From NCBI GenBank assembly GCA_963716395.1, contig OY970309.1, positions 640,001 to 704,000 on the forward strand: a stretch of 64,000 nt of DNA. Direction: 5' to 3'. The notes under the pieces were generated by a model that was not told the origin of the DNA, made no database searches, and worked only from the letters and a program-made list of their open reading frames with translations. The stretch comes from an uncultured Fibrobacteria bacterium (GTDB lineage Bacteria; Fibrobacterota; Fibrobacteria; UBA11236). Both the position numbers and the translations under genes were made by a program. Shown one piece after another: positions 10,351-20,901 of this stretch (within the stretch, counting starts at the first letter, position 1; each line of letters begins with the position of its first letter).

Positions 10351-13300
10351 ATGGACCTGACCGCGCAATTGGGATTCAAGCACAATCAATCCGTGCTTCC
10401 GGAATACAACAACATTCTCCCCATCATCCAGCTCAAGCTGATGGCCACAGGGTATCGACCCTATCCCGAAAGCGAACACGCTTTGTTCACTTCGCTGTCA
10501 GCCGATTTGATCCGGAAAATCCAGGCCAAATTCCGGTCGTTCCCGGAACCGCTGTGTCCCACCGATCGCCGCCTGCAGGACTGTCTCGATCGCAACTTCG
10601 GCGACATCAAATCGCCCGGCCCCGGCAAGGTGGCGTTACCGCATCACACCCTGCACATGGATTTTCACGGCCTGGCGCGCACCTTGTCGCTGCCCCCCGA
10701 TCAGGACACGTTCCGGTCGGAGTATCTTGAAAGTTACCGGGTGGCGCAGGGCGTGCTCCACAATCCGGCCTCGGATCGCCGCACCACGGCCGGCACCTTC
10801 CACGTCTCCGAAGGCGGGCTGCCCATTCCGGCCGACAAGAAGGCCGTGCCGCGCGCGGTGTTCGCGCATCTCTTCTGGCACGCCGCGCACCCGCCCGAAG
10901 AATTGCTGGCGCTCCCCTTCACTTCGACGCTGCGGCATCCGGTGCGTGCCTTTACCTCGCTGCTTTTGCGGCCGCGCGTGTCGCCCGAAGTGCCGGGCCT
11001 CGCGCCCTACCAGGATATGGAAATCCGGTTTTTCGCGCCGGGCAGCTTTGTCAGCAACCTCGATTTCGTGGAATCGATTTTCGGCAACGCCGGCGACCCG
11101 TATCTGCCCGAAAACGACCCCGGCCTCGACGTCGAACATTTCTGCGGCGTGTCGGGTCTGGTGCTGTTGGCTCCCCACCTCACCCGGCTCACCAAAAAGA
11201 AACTCGGCCTTCCACGCGTTGCCGACGCCACGCCGCGCCAGGTGCGCGACGGCATGTGCTGGAAAAAAGAGGACGAACTGTACAACGATGGCCAGGCCTT
11301 CAAGGCCACCTTTCGCACCGGCGAGGGATTCATCGTCACCTTGCTGGCCGACAATTACTTCGGCTACGGCAAGAAAGAGGTCAAGACCCAGATCGGCTTT
11401 GCGGCCAACCTCGTGGGCCGCAGCGAAGAGGAGCATTCGGGCGGCGCCCTGGTCTTTCCCAGCTACAACCTGGGCGATTCGGTGCGCGGCGACTTGCGCT
11501 TCATCCGCCTGAACGGATTCACCTTCAAGCAGGTACTGCGGCAACTGGAGGGCGCGATCGAGCCGCAACCCGAAGGTTACGCCGTGGACAAGAAATTTCC
11601 CCACGTGATTTACATACCCGAAGACGCCGACATGGATTTGCCCACCCAGCGCATCGCCTGGGAGTCTGGCGGCCGCAGCGTCACCATTCCCTTGTTGCCG
11701 GGCAAGGTGTATCTGTATCCGAGCGGGTATAAGGTGCGCATGGAAAAACACCCCGGCGCGGAAACCTGGCGGCTCATCGGAACGGTGGCCGAAGGCACGC
11801 TGTGTCACAAGCCGTCGACCGTGTCGGGCGGCGGCAAAAGCGAGATCTCGAAGTCGGTAGCCGACGGCATGCTATACCGCCACGTTTACGTGCGCGATTT
11901 GCCGCGCGATTTCGAACAGGTCGACAAAATCCTGCGCCGCGACTACGGCGACCGTTTCAACACACCGCGCCGCCGCAAGGGCCCGTCGCGGCCTTTTCTC
12001 TCGCCCGAACGATCGCTGGGATCGGTGGTGCGTCTGCTGACGCCTTCCCCCGAATACACCGAGGCGTACAACCGCTGGCTGCGGAGCATTCCGCCGCATG
12101 TGCGCAGCCTGGCGCTCCTGGTCAAGCGCGGCCATCTGCCGGAATGGGGCGAGGATTACCACCGCCACTTCACCGTCGATGTGCTCGACGGCCGGCCGGG
12201 CAACGAACTCGTGTTCCACCACCGCCATCTGGTCAACGGTTATCTCAAATGCGGCACACGCGAAGACGGCAGTTGGATGGTGTTCCGCCTGCGCATGGAC
12301 TACGTGCCCGCGCAGAAGCTGCAAGTCGAAGACGACATCTCGGTTTCCACCGTGCTGCCGTCACCCCTGGCCGATGGCCGCGTCAGCTTCAAGTTCGTGG
12401 AGAATTGCGAGTACCGTCTTTTCCAGCGCCCCGACGATGCCATCATACCCGGCAAAGACCATCAAGCCGAGGCCGATTTGGCCGGTTCGGCGCGCTTCAT
12501 CTCGAATTTCGAGCCCTTGCAGGCCTCCGAAGCCAGGCGCCTGCTCGATCACGTGATCCAATTCGAGCGGTTCACTCCGCCCATGCGCGCGCGCATCCGC
12601 CAGGTGGCCGAAAACCACCGCGGCTATTTCGTGTGTTCGAACGCGCCGCGCATTGTGCAGGGCAAACCCACCGGCAATGTGCGCTATCTGCAGGACCGGC
12701 CCGACGTGCTGCATCCCCTGCAATACCACATCGCGGAAATGGGCATGCGCCTGCGCCGCGGCCTCTCGCCCTCCGATCCCGTGTGGACGCCGGCGCAAAC
12801 CGTGCTCATCGGCCGGCGCAACAATCCCCCGGATCGCAAGGCCGGTATCAAACCCCTGGCCGTGTATAATCCCCTGCACTTCCAAGAATTGCCCGAAGCG
12901 TTCATGGATTTCATCGCCAGCCTGTCGGGCAAATCGCCGTCGACCACGGGTGCGGGTTCCGAAGGCGCGCTCACCAAATCGCCCTTCAACGCGCTCTGGC
13001 CCGTGCATGACCTCAACAATGCGCTGGTGTCGTACATCCTCACCGACTTGCAGATCTTCAGCACTCCCGCGGGATATATCGGGTCGAAGTACCGTGTGGA
13101 TCACGACATCAGCCTGCTCATGCCCGAGATGTGGGCGCGGTTGTCGTCCGAAGAACGCGACGCGCGCAAACTAATCGAGCGCGGTTTTTTGACCCGCATG
13201 GAGGACTTCACCTTCAACCGCAAAACCATCGCGGCCGGCCGGCTCGGCTACCGCATCAACACCCGGTTCCTGCATGCCTTTTTCGGCCGCATGTTCAGCG

Positions 13301-13848
13301 AACCCACCTTGGTGTTTCCCGAAGACATGCTGGCGCCGGAAAAGCAAAGCCTGCGCGACTTCGTCGACGGGGTGGAGAACATCGTATCCGGCCAGCGCCA
13401 GGCCGCGCGTTACTACTTCGAAGACGGCAGCATCGATGCCGCCTGTCCCCCGCTCAAGGCCCTGTTGCACATCATGGTGCACGGCGACTACGAAGGAATG
13501 ACGTTGGAATCCCGCGAGTTCCGCGCGCAATTTGCGCGCGACGCCCTGCTGCAATCCGACTGGTACCGTGCGCGTTTGCAGCGCCAACAACGCCGCGATG
13601 TGGACCATTGGCAACGCCGCCTGGCCTATGTGGAGGGTTTTTTAGCCGACCCGTCCAATCGGCGCATGGCGCACGATTTGAAACTGCGCGAGCGCCTGGC
13701 TTTCGCGCAGAAAAAATTGAAGGAATGTCGCCAGCCGGGTTTTCTCGAAGACTTGATGGGAACCCTGGGGGCCGACGCGATTCCAACGGCCGAACTTTCT
13801 TCTCCCCCGCCTGCGCCGCAACGGACACGGATCAAACGTCGGCGTTAG
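10351..13848 (+). CDS. PPi-dependent phosphoenolpyruvate carboxykinase (PPi-PEPCK)
   Basis: 1165 aa; SNLDFVESIFGNAGDP, ADNYFGYGKKEVKTQI, HKPSTVSGGGKSEISKS, GKSPSTTGAGSEGALTK. Confidence 0.85.
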   Translation: MDLTAQLGFKHNQSVLPEYNNILPIIQLKLMATGYRPYPESEHALFTSLSADLIRKIQAKFRSFPEPLCPTDRRLQDCLDRNFGDIKSPGPGKVALPHHTLHMDFHGLARTLSLPPDQDTFRSEYLESYRVAQGVLHNPASDRRTTAGTFHVSEGGLPIPADKKAVPRAVFAHLFWHAAHPPEELLALPFTSTLRHPVRAFTSLLLRPRVSPEVPGLAPYQDMEIRFFAPGSFVSNLDFVESIFGNAGDPYLPENDPGLDVEHFCGVSGLVLLAPHLTRLTKKKLGLPRVADATPRQVRDGMCWKKEDELYNDGQAFKATFRTGEGFIVTLLADNYFGYGKKEVKTQIGFAANLVGRSEEEHSGGALVFPSYNLGDSVRGDLRFIRLNGFTFKQVLRQLEGAIEPQPEGYAVDKKFPHVIYIPEDADMDLPTQRIAWESGGRSVTIPLLPGKVYLYPSGYKVRMEKHPGAETWRLIGTVAEGTLCHKPSTVSGGGKSEISKSVADGMLYRHVYVRDLPRDFEQVDKILRRDYGDRFNTPRRRKGPSRPFLSPERSLGSVVRLLTPSPEYTEAYNRWLRSIPPHVRSLALLVKRGHLPEWGEDYHRHFTVDVLDGRPGNELVFHHRHLVNGYLKCGTREDGSWMVFRLRMDYVPAQKLQVEDDISVSTVLPSPLADGRVSFKFVENCEYRLFQRPDDAIIPGKDHQAEADLAGSARFISNFEPLQASEARRLLDHVIQFERFTPPMRARIRQVAENHRGYFVCSNAPRIVQGKPTGNVRYLQDRPDVLHPLQYHIAEMGMRLRRGLSPSDPVWTPAQTVLIGRRNNPPDRKAGIKPLAVYNPLHFQELPEAFMDFIASLSGKSPSTTGAGSEGALTKSPFNALWPVHDLNNALVSYILTDLQIFSTPAGYIGSKYRVDHDISLLMPEMWARLSSEERDARKLIERGFLTRMEDFTFNRKTIAAGRLGYRINTRFLHAFFGRMFSEPTLVFPEDMLAPEKQSLRDFVDGVENIVSGQRQAARYYFEDGSIDAACPPLKALLHIMVHGDYEGMTLESREFRAQFARDALLQSDWYRARLQRQQRRDVDHWQRRLAYVEGFLADPSNRRMAHDLKLRERLAFAQKKLKECRQPGFLEDLMGTLGADAIPTAELSSPPPAPQRTRIKRRR

Positions 13849-14037
13849 GGTCCGTTAAGAAATCACTGCGTTACACCGAGGGCGAAGCGAGGGCGAAGCG
13901 AGGGCGAAGAGTCGCCCGCCAGGCAAGGCGCGAGGAGCGCGCATACCGGGAGTATGTAAGCGCCGAGTCCGCCAGAGGCGGACAGCTTGGCAGGATGCAT
14001 CTTCGACCGAATGGAGCGGTTATGTCTTAACGGACCC
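13848..14037. mobile_element. MITE-like element A (190 bp)
   Basis: Perfect 13-bp TIR GGGTCCGTTAAGA (13848-13860) / TCTTAACGGACCC (14025-14037), flanked by TTA on both sides. Confidence 0.8.
13877..13909 (+). repeat. Tandem repeat (CGAGGGCGAAG)x3 inside MITE A
   Basis: Three exact 11-bp copies. Confidence 0.9.
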
Positions 14038-14051
14038 TTAACCCGCCCCGA

Positions 14052-14864
14052 TTAATTGGGGGCGTTGGATCCGTCGGCTTCGGAAACCACCGAAGCCGGG
14101 CTCAGCAAGCGGCTGAATCGGGGAACGGCGGCAGCAGGAGTTGCGCCGGCCAGCAGGGGCGCCACTTCCGCGTGGCTCAGCGAAAGCCGCACCGAGGCCA
14201 GGCTGTCGCCCTCGACGACGAGAATATTCTCGGGCAAAAAGCGGCCGCCTTCGGGCCGGTAGTCGCCGACTTCCAACGATTTGAGCTGTTTGCCGTCGGG
14301 GCTGAAAAACACCACGCGCCGCACCAAAACCGGCGCTTTCTGCATGGTAACGTCAAGATAACCGTAACGCGATTGTACCGACGGTCTGAGTCGCACGCTG
14401 AGCTGCACCGTAGAATCGGTCTCGTCCAGTTTTTTGCACGATTCGGGATCCTGAAAATATCCCGCGGGGAATTTGGCCAGGTCTTCATAGGTGAATAGGG
14501 TGCCGAAGGCCGGCTTTTTGTAGGAATGAAAGGGAACGCGGTACAGGCGATCGGTGACGTCGTTTTTCCACCATTGCACCTGGCCGGAATCGCGCGACCA
14601 CCATTCGTAGGCTTCTTGTCGATTCTGCAAACGCAGACTGCGCATGCCGGCGGAGTCGCCGAAATCGGCCCGGCCGGCCAGCGAATCATGGCCGCGGGCC
14701 AAGGAGTTTTCCACCCAAACCACCTGGCAGGAATAATGACCCGGGTATTGATTGGCGACGGCTTGTTCCAAAAGCGCCGATGCCGGCGCATCGATCGCCG
14801 AATCGTTCGCCGCCGCTCCGGCCGGCGCACACATCATGACCATCGAGACCCACAGGCTTTGCAT
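14052..14864 (-). CDS. Outer membrane lipoprotein-sorting (LolA-like) protein
   Basis: Signal peptide; AFGTLFTYEDL and VVFFSPDGKQLKSL motifs. Confidence 0.65.
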   Translation of the reverse strand: MQSLWVSMVMMCAPAGAAANDSAIDAPASALLEQAVANQYPGHYSCQVVWVENSLARGHDSLAGRADFGDSAGMRSLRLQNRQEAYEWWSRDSGQVQWWKNDVTDRLYRVPFHSYKKPAFGTLFTYEDLAKFPAGYFQDPESCKKLDETDSTVQLSVRLRPSVQSRYGYLDVTMQKAPVLVRRVVFFSPDGKQLKSLEVGDYRPEGGRFLPENILVVEGDSLASVRLSLSHAEVAPLLAGATPAAAVPRFSRLLSPASVVSEADGSNAPN

Positions 14865-14943
14865 CGAATACCCCCTCCCGTTGAGAATACTTTAGATCGA
14901 TTTGAATTGTCTATGTTGCTATTCCTACCCCGCGGAGGTCGAA

Positions 14944-15417
14944 ATGTCACCAGCCGTACAACCCATTCCCGACGGATATCATTCGATCACACCCTATCTT
15001 TCCCTTGCCGGCGCCGCCGCAGCCTTGACGTTTTATCAAAAAGCCTTTGGCGCCCGGGAAATTTATCGTCTGGACATGCCGGGCGGCCGCATCGGACATG
15101 CGGAAATCCAAATCGGCAATTCCCGCCTGATGCTGGCCGATGAATTTCCCGACATGCCCGATGCCTTGGCCAAAAGCCCGCTGTCGTTGCAGGGTTCGAC
15201 GTTCGGAATTTGCCTGTATGTGGAAAACGCCGACGCGACGTTTGCCTGCGCCGTAGAAGCGGGTGCCACAGTGAAGCGGCCGCTGGCGGATCAATTTTAC
15301 GGCGACCGCAGCGGCACGGTGCAGGATCCCTTCGGGCATTATTGGACCATCGCCACCCACATCGAAAATGTTTCTCCCGAAGAGATGGCGCGGCGTATGG
15401 CTATGCAACATCCCTAG
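14944..15417 (+). CDS. VOC/glyoxalase (PhnB-like) family protein
   Basis: PIPDGYHSITPYL, IGHAEIQIGNSRLMLADEFP, DQFYGDRSGTVQDPFGHYW; RBS GGAGG. Confidence 0.9.
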   Translation: MSPAVQPIPDGYHSITPYLSLAGAAAALTFYQKAFGAREIYRLDMPGGRIGHAEIQIGNSRLMLADEFPDMPDALAKSPLSLQGSTFGICLYVENADATFACAVEAGATVKRPLADQFYGDRSGTVQDPFGHYWTIATHIENVSPEEMARRMAMQHP

Positions 15418-15606
15418 CGATTCCCGTCTTAAACGCAGCGCCAGTTTCGTTCCGCATATGAATTTCAGGCGATTGGGGTTTGCGCCTCATACCCTGTGGA
15501 TTGCCGTTTATTGACATTGGCTCTTTGTGTCCATCGTGATTTGAATCTGTTAAAACGTGGTTCGGAAAATTAGCGGATTTTCCCTGGAATCGCCCTGAAT
15601 ACGCCT

Positions 15607-15622
15607 TGGCATATGGCTTGCA
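15607..15622 (+). promoter_or_regulatory. Sigma-54 (-24/-12) promoter
   Basis: TGGCATATGGCTTGCA has the exact GG-N10-GC spacing and lies about 100 nt before ATG 15722. Confidence 0.6.
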
Positions 15623-15721
15623 CGTTTGAAGCATTAATGTGACCAATTTGAAATTTGAATTTTCTGGATTGTGCGGCGCGTTTGTTGTCATGGACCGGAA
15701 CGAAATTATTAGGGAGGAAAT

Positions 15722-16234
15722 ATGCGTTTCCTGATTCCCATTTCCTACTTGACTCTGCGCTTGGTTTTGACCAATACCACCCCGAGCGACAGCCCGAATT
15801 CTTTTCCGCCGCGCAATGCCTGGATGCGATGGACTGCCAACGACACGGGTAAATCGCGCACCGCCGAATCACTTGCGACAAACAGATTTTCCCTGTGGCA
15901 GCCTAACACGGCTTTCGGTGTCGACTCCCCTGAGGAAATCGCCGATACATTCCGCACACACTCTCAGGAGCCGCAAATTCAAAATCTTGCGCCGTCGTAT
16001 CGGACCAGGCTCGAAACCGCCCAAGATACCGGAATCTTTATTTTGCGCCAGCAATATCCGGGAAGAAGCGCGCAACTCGAAGTCACCGATGTATTCGGAA
16101 AACCGCTTTGGTCGGCCCTGTGGCGTTCCCAAACTCTGCGGTTGGATTTATCCGGACAACCCAAAGGTATTTATTTCGTCAAATTGCTCTTCGCCGATCA
16201 CCGACAGGAAATATTGCGGGTCAATTCGAATTGA
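15722..16234 (+). CDS. Small protein with a T9SS/Por-like C-terminal sorting domain
   Basis: RBS GGAGG; ends LEVTDVFGK...LDLSGQPKGIYFVKL. Confidence 0.6.
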   Translation: MRFLIPISYLTLRLVLTNTTPSDSPNSFPPRNAWMRWTANDTGKSRTAESLATNRFSLWQPNTAFGVDSPEEIADTFRTHSQEPQIQNLAPSYRTRLETAQDTGIFILRQQYPGRSAQLEVTDVFGKPLWSALWRSQTLRLDLSGQPKGIYFVKLLFADHRQEILRVNSN

Positions 16235-16598
16235 TCCATGTCTTACGCATCGTCAGCCTTTTAGCGCAGGCTTCAGACCTTAGTGTGCCGGGAAAGACTT
16301 TGACTTTGAAATGACGCCCCACTTGGTGTAATGTATTCGTTCACGACTGCGCAAATTCCGATGTTTTGGGTTGGCGAATGTATTCAAAATTTCGGCTCCT
16401 TGCCTTCTTTGTTGGGACAACGACGGGTAAAACTTCGCGGCTAAATTTTCAACCGCCGTGGAACAAGTCGTGATAATTACCCCGATTTAATCCGACTATC
16501 AAAATGCGGAGAACGGAACCAAGACAAAATCCAAAAATGCCGAAGGGAAAGTAAATTAATACTGGAGATAAGCATACCAACAATCTCCAGGAGGAACT

Positions 16599-16844
16599 AT
16601 GAAAAAACTAGCAATTGCCTTTATGGCCGTTACTATGACGAGTAGTTTGATGGCGGGGCCGCTGAAAGGCCACCGCAATTTAGATGAGGCCCATAACAAA
16701 ATAAAAATGGCTATTGCCGCCATGGTACGGGCCCAGAAGGCGAATCATTATGATTTGGCGGGGCATGCGGCCAAAGCCGAAGCGCTGCTTCGCGAAGCGG
16801 AAAAGGAGATTACCTTGGCCGCGGAAACGGCAAACTCGAAATAA
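16599..16844 (+). CDS. Small secreted helical His-containing protein
   Basis: RBS AGGAGG, signal peptide MKKLAIAF...LMA, HRNLDEAH...YDLAGHAAKA. Confidence 0.75.
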   Translation: MKKLAIAFMAVTMTSSLMAGPLKGHRNLDEAHNKIKMAIAAMVRAQKANHYDLAGHAAKAEALLREAEKEITLAAETANSK

Positions 16845-17038
16845 TCAACACTTGATTTGATTTTTTCAGTCAACAACGAGTCTCGAATCAAATATTTGCT
16901 GGCCCGGCCGGACTCGGGCGCCCCATCCGGCTTGGCCTGCGGTGCGATGAGCACTGCATGCCAAGCGCCTCGTCCTACTGACCAAACGCGCGCTTTTCCG
17001 CCCGATCAAACCCTTTCGCCATTATTTTTCGAGAGCGA

Positions 17039-17647
17039 TTAATCATCATTTAACCCTTTTCCAGCCAGAATTTTCGGCGCGTATTTTTCAACCCTTGCTG
17101 CCCGGGTTGCAGATTGCTTGGGCGCGGAAAAATGCAGCAGGTAGGCCCTTTGCCTTCCCGGGGTCAACGCCTCGAAGGCCATTTTCAACTTCGGGTTTTC
17201 GGCCAATTTATGTTTAAACTCCTCGGCAACTGCAAACTCCGCAGGTTTTTTCAAATTCACTTTTAAACCCGACTTTTCCACTGCAATGGCCTGATGGATA
17301 TAGTCTTTGAGCGCGGCCTCCATCCCAACTATTTCCCGGAAATTGGCGAACCGAATTTGACGCGCCGCTTGCACGTTCTCCGTTTGTTGGACCAGAATAT
17401 TCCCAGGATCCTTTAACAAAGCGCCTTTGAAAAACAGGAGCGCACAATAATCTTTAAAGCCGTGTATTAACACGATGTTTTTCTTCTCCAACGAGTAACA
17501 AGGCCACCCCCACTTCAATTCTTCGGTCAACTTGCAGCCGAGCGCAATTTTTCGCAACCTCTCCATTTCTTTTCGCCACATTTTGGCTGCTTTTAGAACA
17601 GCATCGATTTTGGGATTCGAATTATTTTTCGCGATATTCTTCGCCAT
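17039..17647 (-). CDS. YdeI/OmpD-associated family protein (DUF1801 plus OmdA domain)
   Basis: EELKWGWPCY, FFKGALLKDP, FEALTPGRQRAY, ILAGKGLND. Confidence 0.9.
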   Translation of the reverse strand: MAKNIAKNNSNPKIDAVLKAAKMWRKEMERLRKIALGCKLTEELKWGWPCYSLEKKNIVLIHGFKDYCALLFFKGALLKDPGNILVQQTENVQAARQIRFANFREIVGMEAALKDYIHQAIAVEKSGLKVNLKKPAEFAVAEEFKHKLAENPKLKMAFEALTPGRQRAYLLHFSAPKQSATRAARVEKYAPKILAGKGLNDD

Positions 17648-17950
17648 AGTATTCTCGTTAACCTTGTTTTGCGGTGGGGAGCGGCAGCATGCGTCTTATT
17701 TTGAAATCGTTCAGAAAAATTAATTTTCGACTCCGCCTTATTGTAATAGCCTCCGATTCACGATCTTGAACTGCCACTCCTCATCGCCGCGCGCTCCCCA
17801 AGGATCGTAGCGGCTTGAAAGAAAGCGAACTGTCCCCACGGCCTGGGCGGATGGCAAAACCTATTTGGGTTCGCGCTAAGGCAGACGACCCGCAGGAATC
17901 GGACATCATTATTTTCGCCATTCCATGTTTTTGATTAGGATAGCCGCCGC

Positions 17951-18269
17951 CTACTTGCGCAGGACTTCCGCCCACAGTCGGTCCAGGTTTTGCTCGTTAG
18001 CAGAAATGACAATCCCTTTGCTCTTGTCGGCAACTTTCGAATTTTCGAATTCCTGCGACCATGTAACCAAAGTGTTTTCTCCCGAGGCGACGAGTTCAAT
18101 AGTCAATCGATACCTTGGTTCCCCCGTTTTTAAATTCACAAACGCTGAATGTGTTCGTGAAACCGGCCGGCCCCCACCATCGGGCCAGACGTTCCGGATG
18201 GCGGAAAGCGGCAAATACTTCTTCTAAGGTTTTTGGAATTTCCCGAGACGTGCTGAACGTCGTCATCAT
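17951..18269 (-). pseudogene. SRPBCC/AHSA1-type protein with internal deletion and frameshift
   Basis: The first frame MMTTFSTSREIP...RLARWWGPAGFTNTFSVCEFKNGG stops at 18096. The C-terminal half EPRYRLTIEL...ANEQNLDRL is in another frame. Confidence 0.75.
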
Positions 18270-18340
18270 TCTCTCCGATTCGCGGTTTTATAGCTACAAC
18301 TTTTGCCGAGACGCGCTTCGGTGCTCATTTTCGGCCCTGT

Positions 18341-18378
18341 AACACAAAGGCTACCTCGGCGTGCCGCCAAGGTAGCCT
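18341..18378 (-). terminator. recA terminator hairpin
   Basis: AGGCTACCT-C-GGCG-TGC-CGCC-A-AGGTAGCCT stem. Confidence 0.55.
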
Positions 18379-18402
18379 CGTTTTTCCCATCCGAAGCCCG
18401 GG

Positions 18403-19509
<1,107 letters not shown>

Positions 19510-19551
19510 GCGCAACTCCTGCAAGGTGATGGCGAGTATTTTAACAAATAC

Positions 19552-19580
19552 TGCTCTTTTGTGCAATGCCTTTTTGAGCA
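19552..19580. promoter_or_regulatory. Tandem LexA (SOS) boxes, Fibrobacter type
   Basis: TGCTC-TTTT-GTGCA (19552-19565) is a perfect TGCNC-N4-GTGCA match; TGCCT-TTTT-GAGCA (19567-19580) is a degenerate second box. Confidence 0.8.
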
Positions 19581-19587
19581 GAAAATT

Positions 19588-20859
19588 TTATTCTGGTAAC
19601 TCATTGAAAATAAACAACCTAAGACGATTCAAAGCCGTGTAGGCGCTGCGCCAGCGAATGGATTTGCGATCACCGCGAAACTGAAATCGGTAAGCTTCGG
19701 CTTGGCGTTTCGAAGCCACGGCCATATAAACCAGGCCCACGGGTTTCTCCGGACTTCCGCCCTCGGGCCCCGCAATACCGGTGATGGACACAGCATAGTC
19801 GGCGCCGGCCGCCGCCAAACAACCGCGGGCCATGGCCAAAGCCACGGGCTCCGAAACCGCGCCATGGCGTGCGATCAAATCCGCAGACACACCGAGCATT
19901 TGCGTCTTGGCCTCATCAGCATAGGTCAGATAACCTTGCCGAAACACGGCGGAACTGCCCGGCGTTTCGGTGAGCAGATACCCGAGGGCGCCGGCCGTGC
20001 AGGATTCGGCCGTGGCTACCGTGGCGCGGCGGTCGCGCAGCAATTGCAATACCGCTTGGGTCAAGGGCAATCCGGAGCGATCCACGATGCATTCCGGCGG
20101 CAGGCGGCCGAGCAAGTCGTTCCAGGCCGCATCGAGGCGCGTTTCCACCGCGGCGGACGCGGCGGATCCGTTCAGAGGCACGAAGGCTTCGAGGGCAATG
20201 ACCACGCCGGATTCGGTCGGCAGAGACGAATACCGGAACGGCGGCGGCGGAACAAAGCCCCGCAGCAATTCGCGCTGCCGGCTTTCGGGTAACTCGAAAG
20301 TGACGATGCGCCGGCGTAACAGCGAAGCGTCGCGCCGCTCCAGCAGCGGGCGGCAATGGGCGTCGAACAGGGCGCGGAATTCCGCCGGCACGCCAGGCAG
20401 GGCGAACAGGGTCGCACCGGCGCGTTCGCAGGCGAAGCCGCAGGCCGTGCCCGCCGGATTTCTCAACGCACGCGCGCCGGAAGGTATCTCGAGCTGGGGG
20501 TGTTGGCCGGCGGGAATCGCATCGGCGGAAACGCCCAACCGTTCGGACAGCCAGGCCGCGGCCTCGGCGCTGAACACGAGCGGCACTCCCAAAAATCCGG
20601 CCACGGCTTCCCGCGTCCGGTCATCGGCCGTGGGGCCGAGCCCGCCGGTCACAAGCAGCATCTCACAGCGCAAGGCCGCATCGCCTGCGAACGCGCTGCG
20701 CAAAACCGCTTGGATGGCTTCGAGGCCGTCGCCGATCACCCAGGCGAAGGCCAATTCATGCCCGAGTTCGGCCAACAGGCCGGCCGCATCAAAAGCATTG
20801 GTGTTGAGGGTCTTTCCCAGCAGGAGTTCGTCGCCGATATTGACAAGGCCGATGCGCAT
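19588..20859 (-). CDS. cinA: Competence/damage-inducible protein CinA (with NMN deamidase domain)
   Basis: IGDELLLGKTLNTN, TGGLGPTADDRT, ATAESCTAG, ITGIAGPEGGSPEKPVG. Confidence 0.93.
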   Translation of the reverse strand: MRIGLVNIGDELLLGKTLNTNAFDAAGLLAELGHELAFAWVIGDGLEAIQAVLRSAFAGDAALRCEMLLVTGGLGPTADDRTREAVAGFLGVPLVFSAEAAAWLSERLGVSADAIPAGQHPQLEIPSGARALRNPAGTACGFACERAGATLFALPGVPAEFRALFDAHCRPLLERRDASLLRRRIVTFELPESRQRELLRGFVPPPPFRYSSLPTESGVVIALEAFVPLNGSAASAAVETRLDAAWNDLLGRLPPECIVDRSGLPLTQAVLQLLRDRRATVATAESCTAGALGYLLTETPGSSAVFRQGYLTYADEAKTQMLGVSADLIARHGAVSEPVALAMARGCLAAAGADYAVSITGIAGPEGGSPEKPVGLVYMAVASKRQAEAYRFQFRGDRKSIRWRSAYTALNRLRLFIFNELPE

Positions 20860-20901
20860 CGGAGAAATATAGGGAGTTCCGGGTGTGTATTTTTCGGCAG
20901 C

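Noticed and set aside
13877-13909. Possible CRISPR-like repeats
   Set aside because: 11-bp tandem copies without spacers; no cas genes in the window.
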